DNA of 52,870 bases from positions 1-52,870 of the forward strand of contig DGEF01000066.1 of NCBI GenBank assembly GCA_002385805.1. The letters are read 5' to 3'. Below are positions 1-10,566 of the stretch, piece after piece. The DNA comes from Peptococcaceae bacterium UBA3933 (GTDB taxonomy: Bacteria; Bacillota; Peptococcia; Peptococcales; BICA1-8). A model generated the notes under the pieces. The model did not search any database, was not told the origin of the DNA, and was given only the letters and a program-made list of their open reading frames with translations. A program made the position numbers and the translations under genes. How positions within the stretch are numbered: the stretch's first letter is position 1; each line of letters opens with the position of its first letter.

Positions 1-64
1 GTGTATAACCCGGCCTTTTGTTTTCTACATATTTTTTTTACAAGAAGTTTATAATTTTCTTTTT

Positions 65-93
65 TTGAAAAAATTAAAAAATTATAGTATAAT
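65..93 (+). promoter_or_regulatory. candidate sigma-A promoter of the lactate cluster
   Basis: TTGAAA (65-70), 17-nt spacer, TATAAT (88-93), about 165 nt upstream of the lctP ATG. Confidence 0.4.
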
Positions 94-256
94 AGTGTTG
101 ATTAGAAAAGTTAAAACAAAAGAAAAAAGTTTATTCTTGAAAGAAAGGAGTGGTTAATAGGAGTTGAAATAGTTGGAAAATTAAAATATTAGGACTTATT
201 CATCATGTCACTTAGGATTTATTAAAAAAATATTTTGTGAGGAGGTAAAAAGTTTT

Positions 257-1930
257 ATGTATGCGTTTATTGCCTTTTTGCCGATTCTATTAACAATCGT
301 TTTGATGGTTGCTTTTAACTGGCCAGCAAAAAGGGCTCTACCTCTTTCCTGGTTGGTCTCAGCCGTAATTGCCCTAACCGTTTGGCAAATGGATTTTCAA
401 CATGTAATGGGTTATTCAGTATTTGGTTTGGGTAAAGCTCTTGATGTACTAATAATTATTTTTGGTGCCATATTAATTCTTAATACTTTACAACAATCGG
501 GAGCTATGGCAACCATTAATAATGGTTTTATGGGTATATCTAAAGACCGTCGGGTGCAAGCCGTTATTGTAGGCTGGATGTTTGGTGCCTTTATCGAAGG
601 TGCTGCCGGTTTTGGTACTCCTGCTGCTTTAGCCGGTCCCTTGCTTGTAGGTTTAGGTTTTCCGCCACTAGCTGCGGCTATGGTTGCTTTAATTTATAAC
701 AGTACTCCTGTTTCTTTCGGGGCCGTTGGAACACCTGTTAACGGTGCTATGAGTACACTTGCCGGTAACTTGAGTAATGCTGGTTTGGATGCAGCCGGTG
801 TAGAAAGTTTTAAGTTAGTATTAACTAAGTGGGTATCACTACCGCATGCTATAGCAGGTGTTTTCATTCCCTTATTAGGTTTATGTTTATTGACTAAGTT
901 TTTCGGTGAAGAAAAATCTATTAAACCTGGTTTAGCTGCTGCTCCCTTTGCTATTTTCGCTGGACTTGCTTTTACAATTCCTTATGTTATTACAGCCTGG
1001 ACCTTAGGACCTGAGTTCCCCTCTTTAGTAGGTTCTTTAATCGGTTTAGTAATTGTAATCTTAGCAGCTAAGAATAACTTTTTAACACCTAAAGATGTGT
1101 GGGACTTCCCCTCAAAGGATAAATGGGAAAGTGATTGGCAATCCACTTCTCCAACTGGCGGTGTCGGTGAAGCTAAAATGTCTTTGTTTAAAGCCTGGAC
1201 ACCTTATATATTAATTGCCTTAATTTTAGTTGTTACTCGTATCGACGCTATCGGTCTTAAAGGCTTGTTGTCTGCTCAGACCATTACCGTGCCAAATATT
1301 TTAGGTATTGAAGGATTAAATTATTCTTTGCAGTATTTATATTTACCGGGTACTGTACCCTTTATTTTGGTTGCTTTAATCACTCACGTTATTCACGGTA
1401 TGAACGGTGAACAAATTAGAACCGCTTGGACTAATACCTTTAAACAAATTACGGGTGCAGCTATTGCTTTGTTTGCCGGTGTAGCAATGGTTCAGTTAAT
1501 GCTTAATTCACATGTAAATGCCGGTGGTTTAGACAGTATGATGACAGCTATGGCTAAAGCCGCTGCAGCTATAGCCGGTAATTCTTTCCCCTTCTTTGCT
1601 CCTTTTATTGGTGTTTTAGGTGCTTTTATGTCCGGTTCCAACACAGTTTCCAATATTCTGTTTGCTTCCTTCCAATTTGAAACTGCAGCTATCCTGAACA
1701 TGCCAGAAGTATTAATTGTTGCGTTGCAGGTCATTGGTGGGGCAACCGGAAATATGATTTGTGTTAATAACGTTGTTGCTGCCTGTGCTACTGTAGGTGC
1801 TATTGGTGTAGAAGGTAAATTGATAAGGCGGAACTTTATTCCCTGTTGTATTTATACAATAATCGTGGCTATAATTATAGCTGCCTTAATTTACAGTGGG
1901 TTTAACCCGTTCCCGTTTACCAGTGTTTAA
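257..1930 (+). CDS. lctP: L-lactate permease (LctP family)
   Basis: 557-aa polytopic membrane ORF with LctP-type segment '[19 protein letters not shown]'. GAGGAGG SD upstream. Followed by lactate-oxidation genes. Confidence 0.85.
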   Translation: MYAFIAFLPILLTIVLMVAFNWPAKRALPLSWLVSAVIALTVWQMDFQHVMGYSVFGLGKALDVLIIIFGAILILNTLQQSGAMATINNGFMGISKDRRVQAVIVGWMFGAFIEGAAGFGTPAALAGPLLVGLGFPPLAAAMVALIYNSTPVSFGAVGTPVNGAMSTLAGNLSNAGLDAAGVESFKLVLTKWVSLPHAIAGVFIPLLGLCLLTKFFGEEKSIKPGLAAAPFAIFAGLAFTIPYVITAWTLGPEFPSLVGSLIGLVIVILAAKNNFLTPKDVWDFPSKDKWESDWQSTSPTGGVGEAKMSLFKAWTPYILIALILVVTRIDAIGLKGLLSAQTITVPNILGIEGLNYSLQYLYLPGTVPFILVALITHVIHGMNGEQIRTAWTNTFKQITGAAIALFAGVAMVQLMLNSHVNAGGLDSMMTAMAKAAAAIAGNSFPFFAPFIGVLGAFMSGSNTVSNILFASFQFETAAILNMPEVLIVALQVIGGATGNMICVNNVVAACATVGAIGVEGKLIRRNFIPCCIYTIIVAIIIAALIYSGFNPFPFTSV

Positions 1931-1952
1931 TTTAAAATAATCATGATTAATT

Positions 1953-1977
1953 AAGGGGAGATATGTATTCTCCCCTT
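1953..1977 (+). other. intercistronic stem-loop (8-bp stem, no U-tract)
   Basis: AAGGGGAG (1953-1960) pairs with CTCCCCTT (1970-1977). Lies between lctP and glcD. Confidence 0.4.
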
Positions 1978-2036
1978 CTCCCGTCTAGGGAAGTTGTATA
2001 TATTATTTAGAATTATTTAAACAAGGAGGTAATAGC

Positions 2037-3428
2037 ATGTTGGCGCAGAATATCCTAGAAGAATTGAAAAAAATAGTTGGTAAAGAAAACGTTCTAACCT
2101 CCAAGGAGGATATGATTGCATATTCTTTTGATGCTACTGCTGCTATGCCTGAAGTGAAGCCGGATGTAGTAGTAATGCCTGAAAATAAGGAACAAATTGT
2201 AGAAATTGTCAAATTAGCCGGGCAACATAAAATTCCCATTATTACCCGTGGAGCGGGCACTAATTTAAGTGGAGGTACTATCCCTATTAAAAACGGTATC
2301 GTGCTTTCCATGTTAAAGTTAGATAAAATTATAGAAATTGATGCGGAAAATTTAACAGCAAGGGTTCAACCTGGTTTGATCATTCAAAAACTCAATGATG
2401 CTGTAGCACCTTATGGGTTAATGTATCCCCCTGATCCCGGTACAGTGACTACGGCTACCATGGGCGGCTCCGTAAGTGAATGTTCAGGGGGCTTAAGAGG
2501 ATTAAAATACGGTGTAACAAAAGATTATATTATGGGTTTAGAGGTAGTGATGGCCGACGGATCAGTAATCCGTACCGGTGGTAAGACTGTTAAAAATGTC
2601 AGTGGTTATGATCTAACAAAACTATTTACCGGTGCTGAAGGTACTCTAGGAATTATTACGGAAATCACAGTTAAGTTAATACCGGCACCTAAATACAGGA
2701 GGAGTATGTTGGCTATCTTTGATGATATAGATAAAGCCGGTAATACAATTGCCGATATAATTAGTAATAAGGTTATTCCTGCCACTTTAGAAATTATGGA
2801 TAATGTGACTATTAGAACCGTTGAAAATTATGCGAAAATCGGCCTTCCTGTGGAGGCAGAGGCCATCTTAATTTTAGAAGTGGACGGTAATATTGAACAA
2901 ATTGTTATAAATGAGTACGAAACTGTACAAAAGATCTGCAAAGATAATGGAGCGGTAGAAATTAAATTAGCCCAAAGTGATAAAGAAAGGGATGCCGTAT
3001 TTGCTGCTAGACGTGCCGCTTTACCGGCTTTAGCTCAAGTGAGACCTACTACAGTTTTAGAAGATGCTACTGTGCCTAGAAGCAAGATTCCTCAAATGTT
3101 AAAAGCCCTTAAAGAAATAGCTAAAAAATATAATTTACAAATAGGTACTTTTGGCCACGCTGGGGACGGTAATTTACATCCAACCATCCTAACTGATGAA
3201 TCCGATAAGGAAGAAATGGAAAGGGTTGAGAAAGCAGTTGACGAGATCTTCAAGATTGCAATTGAGTTAGGAGGAACTTTATCCGGAGAACACGGCATTG
3301 GGATGGCCAAAGCCAAATACATGGAATGGGAGTTTGGTAAAGAGGGCGTTGAAGTTATGAAAAAAATAAAAGACGCTCTTGATCCGGATCATATATTAAA
3401 TCCCGGCAAAATGTTTGGAGGGAATTAA
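2037..3428 (+). CDS. glcD: FAD-linked oxidase, GlcD / D-lactate dehydrogenase type
   Basis: 463 aa. FAD-binding PCMH-type motifs ('ITRGAGTNLSGG') and C-terminal 'GTLSGEHGIGMAK', typical of GlcD-family oxidases. Confidence 0.85.
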   Translation: MLAQNILEELKKIVGKENVLTSKEDMIAYSFDATAAMPEVKPDVVVMPENKEQIVEIVKLAGQHKIPIITRGAGTNLSGGTIPIKNGIVLSMLKLDKIIEIDAENLTARVQPGLIIQKLNDAVAPYGLMYPPDPGTVTTATMGGSVSECSGGLRGLKYGVTKDYIMGLEVVMADGSVIRTGGKTVKNVSGYDLTKLFTGAEGTLGIITEITVKLIPAPKYRRSMLAIFDDIDKAGNTIADIISNKVIPATLEIMDNVTIRTVENYAKIGLPVEAEAILILEVDGNIEQIVINEYETVQKICKDNGAVEIKLAQSDKERDAVFAARRAALPALAQVRPTTVLEDATVPRSKIPQMLKALKEIAKKYNLQIGTFGHAGDGNLHPTILTDESDKEEMERVEKAVDEIFKIAIELGGTLSGEHGIGMAKAKYMEWEFGKEGVEVMKKIKDALDPDHILNPGKMFGGN

Positions 3429-3429
3429 G

Positions 3430-4734
3430 ATGACTATCTATGATTCTCTGGAAGCCGTTAAAGCGGAATTAGCTAATTGTATGAAGTGTGGTAATTGCCA
3501 GGAAGTTTGTCCTATTTATATTGAAGAAAAAAAAGAAGCAGCAGTAGCCCGGGGAAAAATTAAACTGGTAGAAGCGGTCTTGAAAGGTGATTTAGAATAT
3601 ACCAAAGGTTTTGAGGATAAATTGGCTCTTTGCCTAACATGTAAAGCCTGTAATGAAAAATGCCCTTGTGGGGTAAAGGTAGACAAGATAATTTTGGGTA
3701 CAAGAGCGGCTATTGTCAAAAACAGGGGCCTTCACCCCATGAAAAAAATGATTTTTGGCACACTGAAAAAACCTGGATTATTTAATTTTGGAATTAAAAC
3801 AGGGGGAAAATTCCAAGGTTTAGTTTTCAAAAAGCATAAATCTTTACACGGTGCCTATCCCCGCTTTCCTTTCGGACTTGATTTGCGACGGATAATTCCG
3901 CCTTTAGCCACTACTCCATTAAGGGATCAAGTGCCGGAAGTGGTTAAAGTTGATAACCCGGTAAAAAGAGTCGCCTTTTTCACTGGTTGTACTATGAACT
4001 TTATCTATGTGGATGCAGGCAAAGCCGTAATTGATGTCTTGAAAAAGAATAATGTGGAAGTAGTTATTCCAAAAGACCAGCACTGTTGTAGTATGCCTAT
4101 TATTGCCCATGGGGATGCCGCTACTGCTAAGGAAATGGCCAAATCCCATGTGGATATATTCAGTAAATTAGATGTAGATGCGATAATTACAGCCTGCGGT
4201 TCTTGTGGTTTAACCTTTCAACGGCACTATTTAGAGCTTTTGGAAGATGATCCTGAGTATTACGCCAAAGCCCAAAAAGTGGCTGAAAAAATTATTGATA
4301 TCTCCGATTTTATAGTGAAGGTTATTGGATTGGATAAGAGCAAACTAGGTCCCTTAAACATGAAGGTTACTTACCATGACCCTTGCCACCTTAACCGGGG
4401 AATGGGAGTTAAATCTACACCTAGAGAAGTCCTGAAAAGTATTCCTGGGTTAGAATTAATCGAAATGAAAAATGCGGACCGTTGTTGTGGCAGTGCCGGT
4501 TCCTTTAGCCTCACCCATTATGATTTATCTATGGCAATTCATAAACACAAAATTGAAGCTATTCGAGCTACTAAAGCAGATGCGGTAGTAACCGGTTGTG
4601 GAGCTTGTATTATGCAAATTACTGACGGTATGAACAGGTTCGATTTGAATTTGCCAATTTATCATACGGTAGAAATTCTAGCCAAATCTTATGCAGCCAA
4701 AGAAGGGGAAAAAGAAGCAAAGGCAGTTAGTTAA
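3430..4734 (+). CDS. (Fe-S)-binding oxidoreductase subunit, GlcF/GlpC-like (2x[4Fe-4S] + 2 CCG domains)
   Basis: 'CMKCGNCQEVCP' and 'CLTCKACNEKCP' ferredoxin motifs, then two Cys-rich CCG-type regions ('HCCSMP', 'DRCCGSAGSF'). Start placed at ATG 3430 behind GGAGGG instead of the track start 3415. Confidence 0.8.
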   Translation: MTIYDSLEAVKAELANCMKCGNCQEVCPIYIEEKKEAAVARGKIKLVEAVLKGDLEYTKGFEDKLALCLTCKACNEKCPCGVKVDKIILGTRAAIVKNRGLHPMKKMIFGTLKKPGLFNFGIKTGGKFQGLVFKKHKSLHGAYPRFPFGLDLRRIIPPLATTPLRDQVPEVVKVDNPVKRVAFFTGCTMNFIYVDAGKAVIDVLKKNNVEVVIPKDQHCCSMPIIAHGDAATAKEMAKSHVDIFSKLDVDAIITACGSCGLTFQRHYLELLEDDPEYYAKAQKVAEKIIDISDFIVKVIGLDKSKLGPLNMKVTYHDPCHLNRGMGVKSTPREVLKSIPGLELIEMKNADRCCGSAGSFSLTHYDLSMAIHKHKIEAIRATKADAVVTGCGACIMQITDGMNRFDLNLPIYHTVEILAKSYAAKEGEKEAKAVS

Positions 4735-4736
4735 AA

Positions 4737-4760
4737 GAGCTGTGAATGTGTTCACAGCTC
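4737..4760 (+). other. perfect 10-bp stem-loop after the Fe-S subunit gene (no U-tract)
   Basis: GAGCTGTGAA (4737-4746), loop TGTG, TTCACAGCTC (4751-4760). Confidence 0.45.
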
Positions 4761-4816
4761 CTAATTCCCAAAATTGGGTAAATAACTTTTTAGTTTATTT
4801 GTAAGGAGTGAGAAGT

Positions 4817-5410
4817 ATGCTTACCAAAACCGTAGATTGGCTGCCTTATCTGCCTCAAGGGTTAGATAAGGAAAAATTATACCAAATATTTAAAGAAAAA
4901 GCTGAGGCTGTACCGGTAAAAGTGATTAGAGCCAAGGATAAAGCAGAAGCAGAAGACAGCATTGTCCAGGAAATGAAGGTTGCCGGAATAAAAAATGCGG
5001 TAGGAGTTCCTATGGATCTGGTGGATATTGAAGCAATAAAAGAAAAAGCGAAGGCCGCAGGCATTACTGTTTCCAGTGAATTAAACCGGGACATAATTGA
5101 AAAAGCTGAATTCGGTATTTCTGAATTTGATTTGGGTATTGCTGACACTGGAACCATTGTTCAGGATGCGGATAGTATTCATAAGCGACTTGTTTCCATG
5201 TTGCCTCCCATTCATTTAGCAGTTATTCCTACTAAAGCTATTGTGGAGACTTTTCTCGATTCTTTAGAAGTAATTCAAAAAGCATATAAGGGTAACCCCT
5301 CTAATTATATTGCTTATATAACAGGGCCCAGTCGGACTGCAGATATTGAACGGGTATTAACCATTGGTGTTCATGGACCGGCCACTTTAATCGTAGTTTG
5401 CGTAGATTAA
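4817..5410 (+). CDS. lutC: lactate utilisation protein C (LUD/YkgG domain)
   Basis: About 197-aa LUD-domain-like ORF directly upstream of a LutB-type gene. ATG 4817 lies 9 nt after AAGGAG. GTG 4808 is an alternative start. Confidence 0.7.
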   Translation: MLTKTVDWLPYLPQGLDKEKLYQIFKEKAEAVPVKVIRAKDKAEAEDSIVQEMKVAGIKNAVGVPMDLVDIEAIKEKAKAAGITVSSELNRDIIEKAEFGISEFDLGIADTGTIVQDADSIHKRLVSMLPPIHLAVIPTKAIVETFLDSLEVIQKAYKGNPSNYIAYITGPSRTADIERVLTIGVHGPATLIVVCVD

Positions 5411-5435
5411 AGTTATTGAAAGGAGTTGATAATCT

Positions 5436-7622
5436 ATGCCGGTAGACAGTGTCTTAAAAGCTAAAGTAAATAAAGCGCTTAGTGACCCTGTTTTAAGGGG
5501 AGCTTTAGGAAAATTCGGTGATGAATTCCCTATTTCCCGGGCAAGAGTTTATGAAGGTATTGATTTTGAGGAATTAAGAACTGCTATTGCCAATGCTAAA
5601 AAAGAAGTTATCGAAGACTTTGAAGCACTGGCCGACCAATTTGAAGCTAACCTTAAAAAAAGAGGAGCGATTGTTCACCGGGCAAAAGACGGTAATGATG
5701 TATATAGGATTTTAAAAGACATAGCAAAGGCCCATAATGCTAAAGTTTGTGTAAAATCCAAATCTATGGTTTCTGAGGAAATCCATTTAAATGAACACTT
5801 AAAAGATACCATGGAAATGGTTGAAACTGACCTGGGGGAATGGATTATTCAGCAAGTTAATGAAAAACCTTCCCATATGGTTATGCCGGCTATTCACTTA
5901 AGCAAAGAAAGATGTGCCGAAATCTTTTCTCAGGCTTTAGGCCGGAAAGTTGAGCCGGATATTTCCCAAATGGTTCAACTGGCTCGACAAACCCTTAGAA
6001 ATCATTTCCTAAATGCGGATATTGGGCTATCGGGCTGTAACGCTGCTATTGCCGAAACAGGTACAATGGTAATGTTCACCAATGAGGGTAATGGTCGTTT
6101 AACAGCAACTATGCCTCCAGTCCATGTATTTCTGGTAGGTTACGAAAAACTATTGAAAAATTTTAAAGACCTAGCCCTTCTTGCTAAAGCTCTGCCTCGT
6201 AGTGCGACTGCCCAGGCTCTGACAAGTTATGTTACCCTGATTTCCGGACCTGTAGAAACCTTGAAAGATAAAGTGGGACCGGAAGTCGTTCATAAAGAGC
6301 TTCATGTTATCCTCGTTGATAATGGTCGACGGGAGTTATTAACAGACCCTGTCTTTAAAGAAGCAGGTCAATGTACTCGTTGTGCTTCTTGTTTAAACGT
6401 TTGTCCTGTTTACCAATTAGTAGGAGGACATGTTTTCGGTCATATTTATGCCGGTGGTATTGGTTCTTTATTGACGGGATTTTTCAATTCTTTAAAAGAA
6501 ACAGACCATGTCCAGGAAATGTGTATTAGCTGTGGCCGGTGTGCTGCTTTTTGTCCTGGAAAAATAGATATTCCGCGGTTGATTTTAGAAATGCGAAATC
6601 GGGTGCGTAAAGAAATTCCTCTCCCGGGTATGCAAAACTTTATTGTGAACACGCTGAAGAGAAGAGGTCTCTTCCAATTTGGTTTACGGCAAGCTTCTTG
6701 GGCTACTGCCCTTTTCGCCAAAGAAGGTAAGGACGGCAATAAATACATTAGAAGTTTGCCTTTCGGATTCAATAGACTTGCTAACTGGCGCAGTTTACCC
6801 GCCTTTAGTTCGCAACCCTTTAGAGAAAGAATTAAAACTATGAAGCAGGAAGTTGTAAATAAACGTGGAAAAGTAGCTTTCTTTGGTGGGTGTGTTATTG
6901 ACTATGCTTATCCGGAAATTGGCGAATCCCTGGTAAGAGTTTTAAACAGGGAAGGGTATGAAGTGGTATATCCTGATCAAACCTGCTGTGGTGCTCCGGC
7001 AATTTATATGGGCAGTATGGATGTAGCCCGTGAAGTAGCAAAACAAAATATAAATGAGTTTGCCAAAGATGAATTTGATTATATCGTCAGTGCTTGTCCT
7101 ACCTGTACCGTAGCTTTAAAAGACCAGTGGGTTCAAGTGCTGAAAGGTACAGATAGTGAGGCCAAAGCAAAACAAGTATCCGCTAAAACCCTTGATTTTA
7201 TTAAATTAGTATCGAATTTAAGAAAAGAAAAAGGGGGAGCTTTAAAGGAAACTGCGGCAACTACCCATGTAGCCACTTCCCAGCAAATTAACGTTACCTA
7301 TCATGATTCCTGTCACTTAAACTGGGATTTAGGGGTGAAGGAAGAACCTAGAGAAGTCTTAAAAGCTCAATCGCATATAAACTTTATTGAAATGAATGAA
7401 TCCGATCGCTGCTGTGGTTTTGGTGGTTCTTACTGTATCAAACTCCCGGAAATTTCTCAGGAATTATTAAAACGCAAACTGAAAAACATTGAAGAAAGTA
7501 AAGCACAGATTGTTGCTGTAGACTGCCCCGGCTGCTTAATGAACATTAGGGGTGGTTTAGATAAGCAAGGTTCTAATGTCAAAGCTCTCCATACCGCCCA
7601 ATTACTGGACGGAAAATATTAA
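5436..7622 (+). CDS. lutB: LutB-LutA fusion: iron-sulfur lactate utilisation protein with C-terminal double CCG domain
   Basis: 728 aa. N-terminal LutB/YkgF-like region with 'CTRCASCLNVCP' and 'CISCGRCAAFCP'. C-terminal half resembles LutA/YkgE ('QTCCGAPAIY', 'DRCCGFGGSY'). Confidence 0.8.
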   Translation: MPVDSVLKAKVNKALSDPVLRGALGKFGDEFPISRARVYEGIDFEELRTAIANAKKEVIEDFEALADQFEANLKKRGAIVHRAKDGNDVYRILKDIAKAHNAKVCVKSKSMVSEEIHLNEHLKDTMEMVETDLGEWIIQQVNEKPSHMVMPAIHLSKERCAEIFSQALGRKVEPDISQMVQLARQTLRNHFLNADIGLSGCNAAIAETGTMVMFTNEGNGRLTATMPPVHVFLVGYEKLLKNFKDLALLAKALPRSATAQALTSYVTLISGPVETLKDKVGPEVVHKELHVILVDNGRRELLTDPVFKEAGQCTRCASCLNVCPVYQLVGGHVFGHIYAGGIGSLLTGFFNSLKETDHVQEMCISCGRCAAFCPGKIDIPRLILEMRNRVRKEIPLPGMQNFIVNTLKRRGLFQFGLRQASWATALFAKEGKDGNKYIRSLPFGFNRLANWRSLPAFSSQPFRERIKTMKQEVVNKRGKVAFFGGCVIDYAYPEIGESLVRVLNREGYEVVYPDQTCCGAPAIYMGSMDVAREVAKQNINEFAKDEFDYIVSACPTCTVALKDQWVQVLKGTDSEAKAKQVSAKTLDFIKLVSNLRKEKGGALKETAATTHVATSQQINVTYHDSCHLNWDLGVKEEPREVLKAQSHINFIEMNESDRCCGFGGSYCIKLPEISQELLKRKLKNIEESKAQIVAVDCPGCLMNIRGGLDKQGSNVKALHTAQLLDGKY

Positions 7623-7632
7623 ATACAGATTA

Positions 7633-7665
7633 GAAATAGCTCCTTTGGGGGCTATTTCTTTTTTA
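7633..7665 (+). terminator. intrinsic terminator after lutB
   Basis: GAAATAGCTCC / GGGGCTATTTC stem (one G-U pair) with TTTG loop, followed by TTTTTT. Confidence 0.8.
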
Positions 7666-7687
7666 AAAAACCATGGACAAAATAAAA

Positions 7688-7733
7688 TATATGTTATAGT
7701 ATAATTAACAAAACCAGACATATGTTGTAGTAT
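7688..7733 (+). promoter_or_regulatory. 15-nt direct repeat (ATATGTTRTAGTATA x2) upstream of the TRAP binding-protein gene
   Basis: Copies at 7688-7702 and 7719-7733, 14/15 identical, start-to-start spacing 31 nt. The first copy ends in a TATAAT. Confidence 0.4.
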
Positions 7734-7789
7734 ATAAATAATAAATTCGGGCTTTTATATAACAGATAGGTTGAGTTAAGGAGAAAGTA

Positions 7790-8827
7790 ATGATGAGAAA
7801 TACAAGGTTTATTAGCTTAATAACTGTTTTGCTTTTAATATTTTTTCTCTTAACAGGCTGTGGTCCTCTGGTAGAAGAAGACATGTCCGAAAATGAATCA
7901 GGGGAACCGATACAACCCAGAACTATTAAATTGGGTCATGTTTTAAATGAACAAAGCTGTTTTCAAATAGCGGCTACAAAATTTAAGGAATTAGTTGAAC
8001 AAAAAACAGAAGGACAAATCAAAGTTGAAATATTGCCTAGTGGTGCCTTAGGGGATGAGTATTCCCTTCTGGAAGGAATGCAAATAGGCACAGTTGATAT
8101 GGGTATTATCTCCAACCAGCCCATAGCCAGGTTTATACCGGAAATAGCAGCTTTAGAAATGCCTTTTTTATTTGCTTCGGCAGAAGAAGCTTATCAAATT
8201 TTAGACGGTGAAGTAGGCCAAAATTTATTAAAAAAGTTGGAGGCCGTAAATATAAAAGGTCTTGCTTTTGCTGAACGTGGCTATAGAAATATTATTAATG
8301 GAAAAAGGCCTGTTAGCGGACCTGCTAACCTTTCCGGATTAAAACTAGCTACCATAGCAAACCAGGTGAACCAGGATTTTTTTACTACCTTAGGTGTTAA
8401 CCAAATATCTTTTGATCCCAATACTATTCCTTCAGATTTACAAGAAGGAAAGGTGGACGGTCAGGAAAATTATATAGATGTTATTAATTTTAATTTATTT
8501 GCAAATCAAAAATACTTTTCGCTGACCAATCATGTGTATTCACCGGCCGTGATTATGATGAGTAAAATTGTTTTTGATTCTTTTGATGAAAAAACCCAAA
8601 GTATCCTACTGGAAGCGGCTTCTGAGGCATCCGAATATGAAAGGAAATGGAATGAACAGGAGTTAGCTGCAAAACTTGAGTCTTTTCAGGAACTGGGCAT
8701 AGAAGTCCTTACTGAGATAAATACTGATGCTTTTTCGGAGTCTGTAAAGCCAATTTATAAGAAATACCAAGAAAGATATGGCCAAATTATTGAAGAAATC
8801 AATAAGGCTAAACAAAGAGAGGGTTAG
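7790..8827 (+). CDS. TRAP-transporter solute-binding protein, DctP family (lipoprotein)
   Basis: 345 aa. Signal peptide with lipobox 'LLTGC'. DctP-family-like body. No DctQ/DctM genes adjacent. Confidence 0.75.
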   Translation: MMRNTRFISLITVLLLIFFLLTGCGPLVEEDMSENESGEPIQPRTIKLGHVLNEQSCFQIAATKFKELVEQKTEGQIKVEILPSGALGDEYSLLEGMQIGTVDMGIISNQPIARFIPEIAALEMPFLFASAEEAYQILDGEVGQNLLKKLEAVNIKGLAFAERGYRNIINGKRPVSGPANLSGLKLATIANQVNQDFFTTLGVNQISFDPNTIPSDLQEGKVDGQENYIDVINFNLFANQKYFSLTNHVYSPAVIMMSKIVFDSFDEKTQSILLEAASEASEYERKWNEQELAAKLESFQELGIEVLTEINTDAFSESVKPIYKKYQERYGQIIEEINKAKQREG

Positions 8828-8839
8828 GAGGGAGTAATT

Positions 8840-10513
8840 TTGCGAAGTCATGAGGTTACTAAGGGAGTAGCCAGGGCACCCCATCGTTCCCTATTTTATG
8901 CTAACGGGTATTTGCCGGAGGATTTAGAAAAGCCTTTAATAGCCGTAGTTAATGCTCATAATGAAATAATCCCGGGCCATTTTCATTTAAATGAAATTGC
9001 ACAAGCTGTTAAGTTAGGTGTGGCCAGTAAAGGCGGCACTCCTATCGAATTTCCGGCTATCGGTATTTGCGACGGTATTGCCATGAATCATTCCGGAATG
9101 AAGTATCCCCTGGCCAGTAGAGAGTTAATTGCTGATTCGATTGAAGCGATGGTTATGGGGCATAAATTCGACGGAATGGTTCTTATTGGAAACTGTGATA
9201 AGATTGTTCCTGGTATGTTAATGGCTGCAGCCAGATTAAATATTCCTGCCATTTATGTTAGTGGCGGTCCTATGTTGCCAGGTCGTTACCGGGGGCAGGA
9301 TACGGATCTAATTAAAGGTGCTTTTGAAGCAGTAGGCGCATGTGCTAGTGGTAAAATCAGCGAAGAAGAGTTGGAGGAATTGACCTTAAAGGCCTGTCCC
9401 ACCTGTGGTAGTTGTGCCGGGATGTATACTGCCAATACCATGAACTGTTTAGCCGAGGCTTTAGGTATGGCTTTACCGGGTAATGGTACTATTCCCGCTC
9501 CTTATGGCGCTCGGAAAGGATTAGCCAAGCGGGCAGGAATGCAGATTATGGAGCTAGTTAAAAAGGACATCAAACCTAGAGATATTTTGACTTTGGATGC
9601 CTTCCGTAATGCCATTGCTTTGGACATGGCTATTGGTGGATCAACGAACACGGTTCTCCATCTTTTAGCAATTGCTAATCAAGCAGGGGTTGAACTTTCC
9701 CTGGAGGAATTTGACCGGATCAGTTCCCGTGTTCCGAATATTTGTAAGCTTAATCCTTCAGGTAAGCACAGGATTTCCGATTTATACGAAGCCGGTGGCA
9801 TTTCTGCAGTTTTAAAACGGCTCTTAGATGCTTCTTTAATTAACGGAGAGCAATTGACAGTTTCCGGAGTAACTCTTGGTGAAACGGTAAAACAGGCGGA
9901 AATTTATAATGCAGAAGTTATCCGACCTTTAGATAATCCTTATTCACCTACAGGAGGCATTGCAGTTTTAAGAGGAAACTTGGCTCCTGACGGGGCAGTA
10001 GTAAAACAGGCGGGGGTTGCCCCGGAAATGCTTTCTCACCAAGGTATAGCCCGTGTTTACAACTCAGAAGAAGAAGCCTTTGAAGCAATTATGGCCGGAA
10101 AAATAAATAAAGGTGATGTAGTTGTAGTTCGATACGAAGGACCTAAAGGGGGACCGGGTATGCGGGAAATGCTCAGTCCTACTTCTGCCATAATTGGCAT
10201 GGGTTTAGATAAAGATGTGGCCTTAATTACTGACGGACGCTTTTCCGGAGGGACGGCAGGTGCCGCTATTGGCCATGTTTCACCGGAAGCTGCAGAGGGA
10301 GGGCCAATTGGCTTATTAGAAGAAGGTGATATCATAGAAATTGATATCCCTAACCGCATTTTAAATGTAAAACTTTCTGAAGAAGAATTGACGAAAAGAA
10401 AAGCAAAATGGCTAAAACCTGAAACAAAGGCTTTCCCCAATTCTTATTTAAAAAGGTATGCGGCTTTAGTAACTTCTGCTAGCACAGGCGCGGTAATGCG
10501 TGACGATTTATAA
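8840..10513 (+). CDS. ilvD: dihydroxy-acid dehydratase
   Basis: 557 aa. IlvD/Edd family with typical N-terminus '[18 protein letters not shown]', 'CDGIAMNH', 'CDKIVPGM', '[16 protein letters not shown]'. TTG start behind GGAGGGAG. Confidence 0.92.
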   Translation: MRSHEVTKGVARAPHRSLFYANGYLPEDLEKPLIAVVNAHNEIIPGHFHLNEIAQAVKLGVASKGGTPIEFPAIGICDGIAMNHSGMKYPLASRELIADSIEAMVMGHKFDGMVLIGNCDKIVPGMLMAAARLNIPAIYVSGGPMLPGRYRGQDTDLIKGAFEAVGACASGKISEEELEELTLKACPTCGSCAGMYTANTMNCLAEALGMALPGNGTIPAPYGARKGLAKRAGMQIMELVKKDIKPRDILTLDAFRNAIALDMAIGGSTNTVLHLLAIANQAGVELSLEEFDRISSRVPNICKLNPSGKHRISDLYEAGGISAVLKRLLDASLINGEQLTVSGVTLGETVKQAEIYNAEVIRPLDNPYSPTGGIAVLRGNLAPDGAVVKQAGVAPEMLSHQGIARVYNSEEEAFEAIMAGKINKGDVVVVRYEGPKGGPGMREMLSPTSAIIGMGLDKDVALITDGRFSGGTAGAAIGHVSPEAAEGGPIGLLEEGDIIEIDIPNRILNVKLSEEELTKRKAKWLKPETKAFPNSYLKRYAALVTSASTGAVMRDDL

Positions 10514-10518
10514 AATAT

Positions 10519-10566
10519 GTCTGCATTATGTACTAGAGATACTAGTACGTAGTGCAGGCTTTTTTG
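10519..10566 (+). terminator. intrinsic terminator after ilvD
   Basis: 16-bp stem CTGCATTATGTACTAG / CTAGTACGTAGTGCAG (two G-U pairs), followed by a T-run. Confidence 0.85.
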
